From: an uncultured Candidatus Saccharibacteria bacterium
GTDB lineage: Bacteria; Patescibacteriota; Saccharimonadia; Saccharimonadales; Saccharimonadaceae
NCBI GenBank assembly: GCA_964629195.1
Contig: CAZVPV010000004.1
Span: forward strand, 4,853 to 68,852
Direction: 5' to 3'
Length of the DNA stretch: 64,000 bases
The notes under the pieces were generated by a model. It ran no database searches. It was not told where the DNA came from and saw only the letters and a program-made list of their open reading frames with translations. A program made the translations under genes and the position numbers. The number at the start of each line of letters is the position of its first letter. Position 1 is the stretch's first letter. Positions 53,337 to 62,907 of the stretch are shown here, piece after piece.

Positions 53337-54110
53337 TTAATTTTGACAGATTTCGGACCAGTCCCAGAGGTCGAGGTCTTGGGCACGAGCGTCTGGGTTA
53401 ATAGCGTGTTCGGCAAGAATCTGTTGCCAAGCTTGTTTGGAATAATTTTGGTCAGCAAGATTACTGGCTAACTTTTTGCGTGGATTCGAAAAACCACGAC
53501 GTGCTAGAGCTTGGGCGGCGGAGGACAGCACCGGAGCCTCAAACGGCGTAAGCACGATAACTTGGCTGTCAACTTTGGGTGGGGGCGTGAACTCCGCCGC
53601 CCGCACGACCGGTCCAAGCTCGACTGCGGCCAGATTTTGGACGTAAACTGATAGTGAATTATGCTTCCCTGGCTCCGCGGCGATACGTTCAGCGACTTCC
53701 TTTTGGATGAGCAGCACAATACGTTCCGGCGCTGGCTGCGTGGAAAACAGCTTATGAATGATGGGTGTAGTGATATAATACGGGATATTACCGGCAACCA
53801 CATACCGTTGACCAGCCACGAGCGGAGCCAGATCAAGATCCAGAATATCAGCCTGCTCAACCTGCAAATTTTTGCCGGGAAATTGGCCAGGTAACTTCCC
53901 GGCCAAGTCAACGTCATATTCGACAGCGATCACTCGTTCAAAACGTTTCAGCAAGCTGCTAGTTAAGGTCCCGAGTCCGGGGCCAATTTCCAGACATAAC
54001 TCAACGGGATTTTCCGCACTAGGGCAACCATTTTTCGCTAAGTCAGCAATTTCGTTCAAAATGGCGCGATTTTTCAGCCAGTGCTGGCCGAGGGATTTTT
54101 TATTCTTCAC
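53337..54110 (-). CDS. rsmA: 16S rRNA (adenine1518/1519-N6)-dimethyltransferase; start uncertain (GTG 54110 to 54179)
   Basis: KKSLGQHWL and the EIGPGLGTLT SAM motif. GTG 54110 lies 1 nt after the upstream stop, so it avoids a 68-nt gene overlap. Confidence 0.85.
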   Translation of the reverse strand: MKNKKSLGQHWLKNRAILNEIADLAKNGCPSAENPVELCLEIGPGLGTLTSSLLKRFERVIAVEYDVDLAGKLPGQFPGKNLQVEQADILDLDLAPLVAGQRYVVAGNIPYYITTPIIHKLFSTQPAPERIVLLIQKEVAERIAAEPGKHNSLSVYVQNLAAVELGPVVRAAEFTPPPKVDSQVIVLTPFEAPVLSSAAQALARRGFSNPRKKLASNLADQNYSKQAWQQILAEHAINPDARAQDLDLWDWSEICQN

Positions 54111-54111
54111 C

Positions 54112-55137
54112 TTAGTACCAGCCCTTGGCGTTTTTGTGCGCCACGGCGCCCGACCAACCACCATAACGGCCGTTGACATATTTGATCATCCAGCGAATCT
54201 GAGTGACAGGGTTGGTTTCCCAGTCGGCACCGGCCGAGGACATCTTGCTACCCGGCAAGGCCTGCGGAATACCATAAGCGCCCGAAGGGTTCGCCGCGTC
54301 GACACGACAGCCAGACTCATGATAGACGATATAGAGCGCAGCATCAAGATCCGCTTCTGAAACACCGGCAGCTCGCATCCACTCAGCGCACTGCTCGCGG
54401 CCTGGAGCCACAGAGACTTTAGCACCAACGCGGACAATCTCTGGCTTCGGCTCAGCCTTAATTTCTTCCGAAATGAGCTCGCGCGAAACCTCGCGGTTGT
54501 CGGCAAAGTTTACCTTGTAAGTCATAGCCTTGCGACCATCTTCACCAGCTTGTTCAAGCACACGTTCACCCTTCGCCAGCGACGGGTCGAGGCGTTCTTC
54601 GGTTGTGTATGGGATAATCTCTTCGGTCGTGATCTGGCGGCCGCCATTGCGTTTGACGCGAAAAGCCGTCGCCACACCGGTTTCCAAGAAGTTCTCGTTG
54701 GTCACGGTTTCCACTTCGTCGCCATCGTACATAGTCAAGCCAGCATCAGCCATAATCTGCTTCGGATCATAGCTGGCCGTCATCACGTAACGCTGGTTGA
54801 CACCATCAAGCACGAGCACCGGACGAGCACGGTAAACATTCACGCGAAACTCTTCACCTTCGATATGAGTTTCGAGCGCTGGCTCCACAATGTCGGCATT
54901 ATTAACTGTGATCCCCGCCTTCTCGAGGACGGCCGACACCGTGTTCGCCGTAGTTTTAACCGTGACTTCCGTGTCGTCGTTATGAATCGTCACGAAATGC
55001 GGTGTTTTGTCATCATTTGCGTCGTCTGCATAGACGGTCTGGTGGCCTTCGGAGTAATTAAGCCCCAAAAACACACTCATCACCAGCAAGAGAGCGGCGC
55101 AACAAAAATTCCTAAATTTGTATTGCAATTTAATCAT
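54112..55137 (-). CDS. RpfB/YabE-like cell-wall protein: membrane anchor, DUF348-like repeats, G5 domain, C-terminal transglycosylase-like domain
   Basis: G5-like segment (..EERLDPSLAKGERVLEQAGEDGRKAMTYKV..). C-terminal segment YHESGCRVDAANPSGAYGIPQALPGSKM..WY. Confidence 0.75.
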   Translation of the reverse strand: MIKLQYKFRNFCCAALLLVMSVFLGLNYSEGHQTVYADDANDDKTPHFVTIHNDDTEVTVKTTANTVSAVLEKAGITVNNADIVEPALETHIEGEEFRVNVYRARPVLVLDGVNQRYVMTASYDPKQIMADAGLTMYDGDEVETVTNENFLETGVATAFRVKRNGGRQITTEEIIPYTTEERLDPSLAKGERVLEQAGEDGRKAMTYKVNFADNREVSRELISEEIKAEPKPEIVRVGAKVSVAPGREQCAEWMRAAGVSEADLDAALYIVYHESGCRVDAANPSGAYGIPQALPGSKMSSAGADWETNPVTQIRWMIKYVNGRYGGWSGAVAHKNAKGWY

Positions 55138-55146
55138 TGCATATCT

Positions 55147-55175
55147 ATTATATCAAAGATTGCTCAAAAAGTCAA
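55147..55175 (-). promoter_or_regulatory. promoter TTGACT-17-TATAAT, 9 nt upstream of ATG
   Basis: Read directly. Confidence 0.6.
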
Positions 55176-55228
55176 TACTTTTATGCTTTATTCGGGCAAA
55201 ATTGGGGTATTTGGGCGCAAAAATCCGA

Positions 55229-55304
55229 TTTTTAGGGAATTTTTAACAATTTTCGAGGCATTTTAACGATTTTTATGGAATTTTTGGTGATTTTGGGCCA
55301 TTTT
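55229..55304. repeat. eight helically phased T4-5 (A4-5) tracts, period ~10.3 bp
   Basis: Tract starts are 55229, 55240, 55250, 55261, 55270, 55281, 55291 and 55301. Confidence 0.9.
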
Positions 55305-57579
55305 ACTCAAAAACTGGCAGGTCGTCCTCGGGAAAGGGGTCAAAATCGGAGCCGAAAGTATTGGTAAAATCATCGTCAAAGTCGTTGTTCCCTGTCGAAA
55401 TGCTACTCGAGGCGGAAGAATCTTGGCCGAAATTGAATTCACCATCGGGATCGCCGCCTAGGAGACCGAGGCTGTCCTGTTCAACCCCAAAAATGCCGGA
55501 TTCGTCAAAACTGCCGGAACCGTAAGGGTTGTAACCGAGTTCGAGCAGGAAGCGTGAGGGGCTATTGTAAGTGCGGCCACCAAAACTATAACGTGAGCCA
55601 GCAAAAGTTAGAAAGAGGTCTTGCATAGCGCGAGTCATGCCAACATAGGCCAATCGGCGCTCTTCTTCGAGATCTTCCTCGGCATTTTCGGCCCGGCTGC
55701 TCGGGAAAAGTCCATCCTCTAGGCCAACCATAAAGACCACGGGGAACTCGAGGCCCTTCGCAGCATGCAGAGTCATAAGCGAAACGGCGTCGCTGCTGGA
55801 ACTTTCGTCGGCTGAGCTGAGCAAGGCAGCGTCGGCGAGGAACTCGTCTAGCGTCTCGTAAACACTGGCGTTGCTCGCTAATACCTCGAGGTTTTTCAAA
55901 CGCTCGTCGCCTTCCGGCGTGCCACTGTGGACCAGGGTGGGAAAGTCAAAATATTGTACGACCTGCTCGATAATAGTGTCCATCGGTGCATAAACTGCGT
56001 TCTCGCCCGCTACAAAATCGCCGTTATCACCGTCCAGCTCAATCGCTTCGTCAGGCCCAAGTTCGGCAGCCTCTTCGTGAATATGGTCAATGAAGTTGAC
56101 GAGGCGCATGACGGAATTTTTAGCACGGGCGGATAGACTTTCAGCGGCCTCGCGCAAGGTCATTTCTTGGTCGAGCCCGGCAAAAACTTTGGAGACCGAT
56201 GCGGCTCCCACTCCACCCAACACGTTTTTAGCAAGCCGCTCGAAGCTGACGCGATCATTCGGATTGACCACCAGCTTCAGAATCGCCAGTACATCTTTGA
56301 CTTCTTTGCGATCGTAGAAGCGTACGCCGCCGATAATTTTATACGGGATGCGCGCGCTCATGAAAGCTTTTTCGAAAGCATAAGACTGGGCGTTGGTGCG
56401 ATAGAGGACGGCAAAATCGCCATATGGTCGCGCAGGTTTCTCAGACTTCATGCGGGTGATAACGCGAGCAACATAGCCGGCCTCGGCGGTCTCATCCATC
56501 AGGCCTTCGATTGTAATCGGGTCGCCATCGCCAGCTTCGGTGAACAGGGTTTTTTCGGTGCGAGTCTTGTTCTCGTTGATGATTTTCTGCGAAGCGGCTA
56601 AAATGTTGCCAGTGCTGCGATAGTTCTGCTCGAGTTTGATGACTTTAGCACCGGGAAAATCACGCTCAAAGTTGAGGATGTTGGTAAAATCTGCGCCACG
56701 CCAGGAATAAATTGATTGCCAATCGTCGCCCACAACACAGATGTTGCGCGCAGGGTTAACGAGACTTTTGACTAGCTGATATTGCACGGCATTGGTGTCT
56801 TGGTACTCGTCGATCAAAATGTGCTGGAAGCGTTTTTGCCATTTCTCGCGCACTTCAGGATGTTGGCGGAATAAATCGGCGGTGCGGGTCAAGAGGTCGT
56901 CAAAATCAAGAGCGTCGGCCGCACGCTTTTCTTGTTCGTAACGCTGGAAAATCTCGGCGACTTTTTTCTGGTTAGGATAGAAGGCTTCCTTTTTAGCGTC
57001 GGCTGGACCGAGGCCTTGGTTTTGGTAGGAGCTAATGAGGTTGTGAGCAAATTTAGGAGTCAACGATTTATCACCACCGAGATCCATGCCGCGCATAATG
57101 CGGCGAATCAGCGTCAGCTGATCTTCGGAGTCATAAATCGTAAAATTGCGGTCGATGCCAGCAGCCTCGTGTTCAATGCGCAGCAGACGAACACAAATGC
57201 CGTGGAAAGTCCCCATGTATGGCATAAAACTGCGTGGCGGGTCGCTCGGGCGATTGTCTGGTATAACACCCGAATCACCGCCGAGTGCTGTATCTGCGGG
57301 CGCCGAAGCTTGCTTGAGATCGTGACGGCCAATGGCATCTGCGCGCTGACGCTCTAAAAGACGCCAGAGACGAACGCGCATTTCTTTGGCAGCTTTGTTA
57401 GTAAAGGTGACAGCTAAGATTTGGTCAGGCCGGACACCGTGCATAATCAGATTTGCGATACGATGAGTCAGGACTTTGGTTTTGCCCGAACCGGCACCCG
57501 CCAAAACTAATACTGGGCCCTCAAGTGTTTCAACGGCCTCCTTTTGAGCAGGGTTTAAACCTCCGAGAATGGGATTCAT
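55303..57579 (-). CDS. pcrA: ATP-dependent DNA helicase PcrA/UvrD family
   Basis: Helicase motifs (AGAGSGKT, TFTNKAA, DEYQDT, ..). Acidic C-terminal tail. Confidence 0.9.
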   Translation of the reverse strand: MNPILGGLNPAQKEAVETLEGPVLVLAGAGSGKTKVLTHRIANLIMHGVRPDQILAVTFTNKAAKEMRVRLWRLLERQRADAIGRHDLKQASAPADTALGGDSGVIPDNRPSDPPRSFMPYMGTFHGICVRLLRIEHEAAGIDRNFTIYDSEDQLTLIRRIMRGMDLGGDKSLTPKFAHNLISSYQNQGLGPADAKKEAFYPNQKKVAEIFQRYEQEKRAADALDFDDLLTRTADLFRQHPEVREKWQKRFQHILIDEYQDTNAVQYQLVKSLVNPARNICVVGDDWQSIYSWRGADFTNILNFERDFPGAKVIKLEQNYRSTGNILAASQKIINENKTRTEKTLFTEAGDGDPITIEGLMDETAEAGYVARVITRMKSEKPARPYGDFAVLYRTNAQSYAFEKAFMSARIPYKIIGGVRFYDRKEVKDVLAILKLVVNPNDRVSFERLAKNVLGGVGAASVSKVFAGLDQEMTLREAAESLSARAKNSVMRLVNFIDHIHEEAAELGPDEAIELDGDNGDFVAGENAVYAPMDTIIEQVVQYFDFPTLVHSGTPEGDERLKNLEVLASNASVYETLDEFLADAALLSSADESSSSDAVSLMTLHAAKGLEFPVVFMVGLEDGLFPSSRAENAEEDLEEERRLAYVGMTRAMQDLFLTFAGSRYSFGGRTYNSPSRFLLELGYNPYGSGSFDESGIFGVEQDSLGLLGGDPDGEFNFGQDSSASSSISTGNNDFDDDFTNTFGSDFDPFPEDDLPVFE

Positions 57580-57585
57580 TCCCTT

Positions 57586-57591
57586 ATTTTA
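57586..57591 (-). promoter_or_regulatory. -10 box TGTGaTAAAAT, 6 nt upstream of the pcrA ATG (leaderless)
   Basis: Read directly. Confidence 0.5.
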
Positions 57592-57674
57592 TCACACTTT
57601 CAGGGATGGATAGAGAGATAATTGAGGTAATCAGGTTTGTGCTATGAATAACAGGGGTAGGATTGGATAGATAA

Positions 57675-59399
57675 CTATGGCGTACGGTTGCGTTTAGCTT
57701 GATTGACCGCCCAATAATCGACGTCCGTGAAGCGGTCGGTGGCAAAGACAAGGCGGTTGTCTTCCGAGAAAGCACGAGCATTGCGGTTGCAGAAATAGGT
57801 CAGGCTGGCCTGATAGAGACCAATAGCCGGCACATCGTCAACCCAGTGGCGCAAGAAAGCTTCGTACTTAGCAACGCGCAAAGTTTCGTTCATGGTGCTA
57901 CGAGCACTGATGATAAGGTCGTCAACAACTAAGTTGCGGTAGTTAGAGAGGTTGAGGCCAGAAGTTGAAGCTTTGGAGGAATGATAGTAGGTGAAGATAT
58001 CTGGGTTAGCGCCCAAACCAATGTTATAGATCAAAATGTCATAGTTGCGCGGACGGATCACATTGAGCAGAAAATCTTGGTCAGGTTCATAAATAGTGGT
58101 TTCGACAATGAAACCTAACTCCGTGAGTTGTTCGGCAAAATCCTGTGCTAGCTCAGGAAAATAGCCGGTGTTCACCGTGGCAAGCTGAATGTTCTTGTCG
58201 CTAGCTTGGCTGGCGATTGTAGCCTTGGCGGCGGCAGGATCGTAAGCCGGAAGCGCCGGATATTCATTGAGTTCAATCTCTGAACTCAAAATTGGGTAGT
58301 CTAGTGGTTTTTCATCAAATTCGGCTGCTAGGCTGCTGGCGTCAATTCCCTGGCGAATAGCCCGGCGCACTTCGACGTTGCTTAAAGCCGAACTGCCAGT
58401 ATTCAAAAAGGCGAAGACGCCATCGGAAATTGTAGTTTGTTTTTCATAAATCAAGTCAGCCGGTAAAGCATCAGCATCGGCGGAAGATAGCTCAGCGCTG
58501 GCGGTAATTTCACCAGTTGAAAGTGCCTTAATAATGCTGTCAGTCTCGGCATAAGTATGAATCACGAAACTACTAAGCATTGGGGCGCCTTTATAATAGT
58601 TGGAATTAGCGGTCAGGTAAACAATTTTCTCGGCGTCGTCATTAGTGGTCTGGATAGCATTGAAAGCAAAAGCGCCAGAAGTGATCGGATTGGTGCTGAA
58701 ACTGTGTTCAAGCAGCATACTGGGTTGGACTTCGGCTAGGATGTGCGCGGGTAGAATTGGTAAATCCAGAAAAGTCGGGAAATCGACGTAGGCTGATGAC
58801 AAAGTGAAGATCACGGAGTCCTCAGTAGCTTTCACGGAAACACCAGAAAAGTCGGAAGAATAGATGGTGTTGACGGAGGGATCTTTGATAACGCTGAGCG
58901 TATAAACCACATCGTCAATCGTCATAGGTTCGCCGTCAGACCACTTAAGCCCGTCCTTCAACTTCACGGTCCAGACTTTGCCGGTTTCGTCGGGCGTGAT
59001 TGACGAGGCTAAGCCGACGCCAATGTGCCCGGAATAGTCAATCGTGGCAAGACGAGCGAAGAGTAGTTTTGAGAGGGCTTTCTCGCTATTCGTCGTAGCA
59101 AAAAGTGGGTTGAGCGAGTTGACTTTGCCGATTGTACCTTCAGTATAGGTGCCGCCGTCGACGAAGGCTTGCATTGAATACGATTGATCATACCAGAAAG
59201 CTTGAGTCAAGGCGAGAGAGATGATAACAATGACTAGCAAGCACCATTCTAAGATTAACAGCCGCACACGCCGAGCATTAGGCAAGCGCTCGATGAGATT
59301 TTCCTGAATATGCTCACGGCTATCTTCACTCGCGCGTTTGGAAAATTTTTCCCACCGCTTCGCTAACTTTTGCCCACGCTTTTTGAAAGTTTGTTTCAT
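57675..59399 (-). CDS. ABC transporter substrate-binding protein, family 5 (peptide/nickel type), membrane-anchored
   Basis: N-terminal TM helix. 574 aa with an SBP_bac_5-like sequence (KWSDGEPMTIDDVVYT..). Confidence 0.75.
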   Translation of the reverse strand: MKQTFKKRGQKLAKRWEKFSKRASEDSREHIQENLIERLPNARRVRLLILEWCLLVIVIISLALTQAFWYDQSYSMQAFVDGGTYTEGTIGKVNSLNPLFATTNSEKALSKLLFARLATIDYSGHIGVGLASSITPDETGKVWTVKLKDGLKWSDGEPMTIDDVVYTLSVIKDPSVNTIYSSDFSGVSVKATEDSVIFTLSSAYVDFPTFLDLPILPAHILAEVQPSMLLEHSFSTNPITSGAFAFNAIQTTNDDAEKIVYLTANSNYYKGAPMLSSFVIHTYAETDSIIKALSTGEITASAELSSADADALPADLIYEKQTTISDGVFAFLNTGSSALSNVEVRRAIRQGIDASSLAAEFDEKPLDYPILSSEIELNEYPALPAYDPAAAKATIASQASDKNIQLATVNTGYFPELAQDFAEQLTELGFIVETTIYEPDQDFLLNVIRPRNYDILIYNIGLGANPDIFTYYHSSKASTSGLNLSNYRNLVVDDLIISARSTMNETLRVAKYEAFLRHWVDDVPAIGLYQASLTYFCNRNARAFSEDNRLVFATDRFTDVDYWAVNQAKRNRTP

Positions 59400-59417
59400 G
59401 ATCGATGAGAGTTATTC

Positions 59418-59654
59418 CTATGCGGCGACCGTTGGTATAAATAGTAGACCGAGAATCGACAGGACGAAAACTAGAGCCATGATAACAGTAGCACCGAAGA
59501 GCGAGCGCTCGAGACCGCGGCGGGTCGTATAGAGCTCGCCAGAACTACCAAAACCAGCACCGAGCGAGGCGCCACGCTGCTGCAAGAGGATGAGCAGGAT
59601 CGTCAAAATTGCCGAAACGAAAATGATACTCTGAAATATTGTTCCCAATTCCAT
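59418..59654 (-). CDS. secG: preprotein translocase subunit SecG
   Basis: 78 aa with two TM helices and a LLQQRGASLGAGFG motif. Confidence 0.8.
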   Translation of the reverse strand: MELGTIFQSIIFVSAILTILLILLQQRGASLGAGFGSSGELYTTRRGLERSLFGATVIMALVFVLSILGLLFIPTVAA

Positions 59655-59660
59655 ACATCT

Positions 59661-59666
59661 ATTATA
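59661..59666 (-). promoter_or_regulatory. -10 box TATAAT, 6 nt upstream of the secG ATG (leaderless)
   Basis: Read directly. Confidence 0.55.
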
Positions 59667-59692
59667 TGCTATCTTGCGCAGAAAAACAAGCG

Positions 59693-60058
59693 CTAGATGA
59701 AGGCGCTAATCAGACCGTTCAGGGCGCTCATGATGGCGCTAGTGAAAACCATACCCCAAAGACCCATTTCGACGCCGGGTAGCAGGTAAAGCGTCAAGGC
59801 AACCATGGCGGTATTGATAATGATGGTAGAAATGCCCATGGTGACGATCGCGAGCGGCAAAGCCATGACCTTGACAAAGGGCTTAACAATGGAGTTAATG
59901 ATGGAAAAAATAAAGCCGGCAAGAATGAAGAGGCTGATACCGGTAAACTGTGAGATTGTAACGTCAGAAATACTACCAAACCAAGTGATACAAAGCCACA
60001 TGCCGATGCTAGCTACTATCCAGCGCAAGATAAAACCGAAGATTTGCTGTTTGATCAT
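59693..60058 (-). CDS. DUF360 / phage-holin-4_2-family membrane protein (121 aa)
   Basis: Four TM helices with a family-typical layout. ATG 60058 lies 7 nt downstream of TGcTAAAAT. The track start 60082 is a TTG upstream of the box. Confidence 0.65.
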   Translation of the reverse strand: MIKQQIFGFILRWIVASIGMWLCITWFGSISDVTISQFTGISLFILAGFIFSIINSIVKPFVKVMALPLAIVTMGISTIIINTAMVALTLYLLPGVEMGLWGMVFTSAIMSALNGLISAFI

Positions 60059-60094
60059 ATAGTTTATTTTAGCATAATTCAAACTGCACGAAAA

Positions 60095-61405
60095 TTACTT
60101 GAGCATTTTCTTGCGTTTTAATAGTGAGTGGTATGTGATAGCGAAACGGTGCGCTTCATCGTCGATGCGGGCAATTAATTTCGCGACGTGCGAATCGGGA
60201 GAAAGCTCGAGAGTTTTATACCCTTCTGGCTGCGGGATGATAATATTGACGGCAGCGTTGCGAGTGTGGTCGCCAGACTTGTCGCGACCGATGACGGGGA
60301 TTTGGTGATTGGTTAACATCTCTTTCACGGCGTTGACCTGGTTGATTCCACCATCGAGGATAACTAAGTCGGGAAAATCCCACTCAGGATGTTTGAGGCG
60401 ACGTTCAATAACTTCGTGCAAGTTAGCTGTATCGTCATTACGCTGATGACGGAGTTTGAATTTGCGATAAGCTGAGCGGTCAGACACGCCATTAGCAAAA
60501 ACCACCATCGAACCGACCACATTGGTGCCGGACTGATGAGAAATATCGTAACCTTCGATGCGGCGAGGCGGATTTGGCAGACGCAGCATCATTTGCAAAT
60601 CGACCAGCGCTTGATCGGAAGAAATGTCGAGAAATTCTTTGTCAGAAAAAACGATTTTCTTTTGCAACTCGCGCAGACCAAATAGCTGTCGACGTAGTTC
60701 CGCGGCTTCTTCGAACTTTTCGGCTTTGGCAGCGGCAAGCATTTGTTTTTCAAGTTCGTCCATCAGCTTATGTCGGCCGCCTTCAAGATAAAGCCGGAGT
60801 CTACGTAAGTTTTTCTTGTATTCGGCCGGAGTGGTTTTGCCAATCTCGATGCCCGGAGTGAGACCAAGATCGGTGTGTAAAGTTTTTTTACCATCGTACG
60901 GCTTATCGTAGTACGGAAAAACTTTACGCAAAATCCGCAGAGCTTTCTCGACGGCTAACTTACCATAAAACGGGCCAATATAGGTCGCTTTGTCGTCCTG
61001 CGGCACACGCGTGAAACTGATATGTGGCACTGCTGATTTCATATCAATACGCACATAATTCACGGTTTTGTCATCACGCAGCAAAATATTCCACTTTGGC
61101 ATGTAGCGTTTAATCATCTCTGACTCAAGGAAGAGTGCGTCCATTTCGGTGTCAACGACGATCCAGTCGGTATCAGCAATTTCGGCAACCAGTGCTTCAG
61201 TCTTGGGGTCTTTCGGGCTTTTGTGAAAATATTGGCGCACACGATTTTTCAGCACGGCTGCCTTGCCAACGTAAATCACTTCGCCGTCGGAATTTTTATG
61301 GAAATACACGCCCGGAGCACTCGGCAGAGTTTTGAGTTTCTGCAGAAGTTGCTCGCGCATTTCAGGCGTGACACTGGGGTCGAGATTAGATGGTGACGAG
61401 CTCAT
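60095..61405 (-). CDS. uvrC: excinuclease ABC subunit C, short form (436 aa, no C-terminal HhH2)
   Basis: GIY-YIG (GVYFHK..GEVIYVGKA), UVR domain (EKFEEAAELRRQL), and an endonuclease domain (EGYDISH). Confidence 0.85.
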   Translation of the reverse strand: MSSSPSNLDPSVTPEMREQLLQKLKTLPSAPGVYFHKNSDGEVIYVGKAAVLKNRVRQYFHKSPKDPKTEALVAEIADTDWIVVDTEMDALFLESEMIKRYMPKWNILLRDDKTVNYVRIDMKSAVPHISFTRVPQDDKATYIGPFYGKLAVEKALRILRKVFPYYDKPYDGKKTLHTDLGLTPGIEIGKTTPAEYKKNLRRLRLYLEGGRHKLMDELEKQMLAAAKAEKFEEAAELRRQLFGLRELQKKIVFSDKEFLDISSDQALVDLQMMLRLPNPPRRIEGYDISHQSGTNVVGSMVVFANGVSDRSAYRKFKLRHQRNDDTANLHEVIERRLKHPEWDFPDLVILDGGINQVNAVKEMLTNHQIPVIGRDKSGDHTRNAAVNIIIPQPEGYKTLELSPDSHVAKLIARIDDEAHRFAITYHSLLKRKKMLK

Positions 61406-62303
61406 ATTCCTTTGAACCTAGGCCGATTTTGACAGCAGTGTCGATAATGCGCCGACCATTCATTTGTTCAACGCGTTCAACGAAATGATCGCGACCGGGA
61501 TCATCAGAATGCCAAATCAGGTCGATACAGGCTTGGTCGAGCGCAACTGGGTCAAGCGAGCCGACAATACCAATATCGGACATACAAGGCGTTTCCGGCT
61601 CGGCCACACAATCACAATCCACGCTTAAATTATTGATAACATTAATGTAGACAATTGGTTTATCCTGCTTAGCAAAATAGTCTGCCACGGCTTTGGCTGC
61701 TTCCGCCATCGAGTCGAGAAAATCATCTTGGGGCGGGAGCATTTCGGCGCCGATTGCCGGATCATCAAAAGCCCGCAGAAAACGCTCAAGATCGCGACTT
61801 TTACCGGCGGTGTGAATATAAACTTTGCCGCGCGCTGACGCGATACCGATTGATTGATTTTTCAAGGCGCCACCAAAGCCGCCGGCTGGATGCCCTTTGA
61901 AATGTGCAAGGTTAAGCATCGAATCATAACGATCGAGATTTTTGCCGACGATATCAACGTCGAGAAAGTTCCCGTTCGACACTGGAATTTCCATTTCATC
62001 TTCGGCGTCCATAATATCAACTTCAGCAATTTCCGGAAAACCATGTTCAGCAATCGTCCGGCGATGCGCCGCAGTGTCGTTGCGTGCGCCTTGATATGCG
62101 GTGTTGCACTCGATAATCGTGCCGTTTAACTTTTTCACTAGATCTTTGATTAGTTCCGGTTTCAGATAGTTCGGGTTGCCCGCTTCGCCGGTGGAAATTT
62201 TGACGGCTACTTTGCCCGGCAAGGTCACACCCAGCGCATCGTAAATTTTTACTAGCGCAGCGGGTGAAATATCTTTCGTGAAATAGACTAAACTTTTTGG
62301 CAT
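61386..62303 (-). CDS. DUF362-family protein (COG2768-like)
   Basis: Segments KISTGE.GN.NYL.P and HFKGHPAGGFGGALKN are typical of DUF362. Confidence 0.7.
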   Translation of the reverse strand: MPKSLVYFTKDISPAALVKIYDALGVTLPGKVAVKISTGEAGNPNYLKPELIKDLVKKLNGTIIECNTAYQGARNDTAAHRRTIAEHGFPEIAEVDIMDAEDEMEIPVSNGNFLDVDIVGKNLDRYDSMLNLAHFKGHPAGGFGGALKNQSIGIASARGKVYIHTAGKSRDLERFLRAFDDPAIGAEMLPPQDDFLDSMAEAAKAVADYFAKQDKPIVYINVINNLSVDCDCVAEPETPCMSDIGIVGSLDPVALDQACIDLIWHSDDPGRDHFVERVEQMNGRRIIDTAVKIGLGSKEYELVTI

Positions 62304-62342
62304 TTTATTCCTCTGTCTTAGATTAAACTTAGTTTTATTATA

Positions 62343-62894
62343 TCAGATTTGAGTCGAGAGCGGATCTCGGCCGTGTTCATCCAACTGATTGGTCTTGTTC
62401 TGAACTGCTAACTGTTGTAAATAGCTGTCTGCAGCAGTACGCGTTTGAAAAATGATGATGTTTTTCTCCGCCTGATATTTGTGCAAAAGTTCATAAATCT
62501 GTGGAAGTTTGTCGGTAGAGAAATTAAGAATTTTTTGTTGGAGCTCGTCCTCGAACCGTTCGGTTACCCAAGGGAAATCCGCACGCGACTGACCAATGCG
62601 CGACTTAGCTCCAGCGAGACAGAGTTCAGTAGGATAGTCGAGTAGAAACACTGTATCGCAAGCTTCCATACGCCATTCCATGGTGCGTTGATAATTACCA
62701 TCCAAAATCCACGCATTCTGCTCAAGAATTTGCGCGAGCTGCTGATCGAATTCGCTTCTAGGGATAATTGTATGATCAGCCCTATGATACAGTAAATCTA
62801 AATGATATAGCGGCAAACCTGTAACATCACTCAGCTTTTGCGAGAACGTGCTCTTACCGGCGCCAGGACTGCCGATGATAATGACTTTTCGCAT
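62343..62894 (-). CDS. P-loop NTPase/kinase (topology-modulation/adenylate-kinase-like, 183 aa)
   Basis: Walker A GSPGAGKST. Confidence 0.65.
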   Translation of the reverse strand: MRKVIIIGSPGAGKSTFSQKLSDVTGLPLYHLDLLYHRADHTIIPRSEFDQQLAQILEQNAWILDGNYQRTMEWRMEACDTVFLLDYPTELCLAGAKSRIGQSRADFPWVTERFEDELQQKILNFSTDKLPQIYELLHKYQAEKNIIIFQTRTAADSYLQQLAVQNKTNQLDEHGRDPLSTQI

Positions 62895-62907
62895 TGATGT
62901 GGCGAAA

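Noticed and set aside
54550-55266. 238-aa + strand ORF opposite the RpfB-like gene
   Set aside because: It is a shadow ORF. It runs through the promoter and A-tract region and has no RBS.
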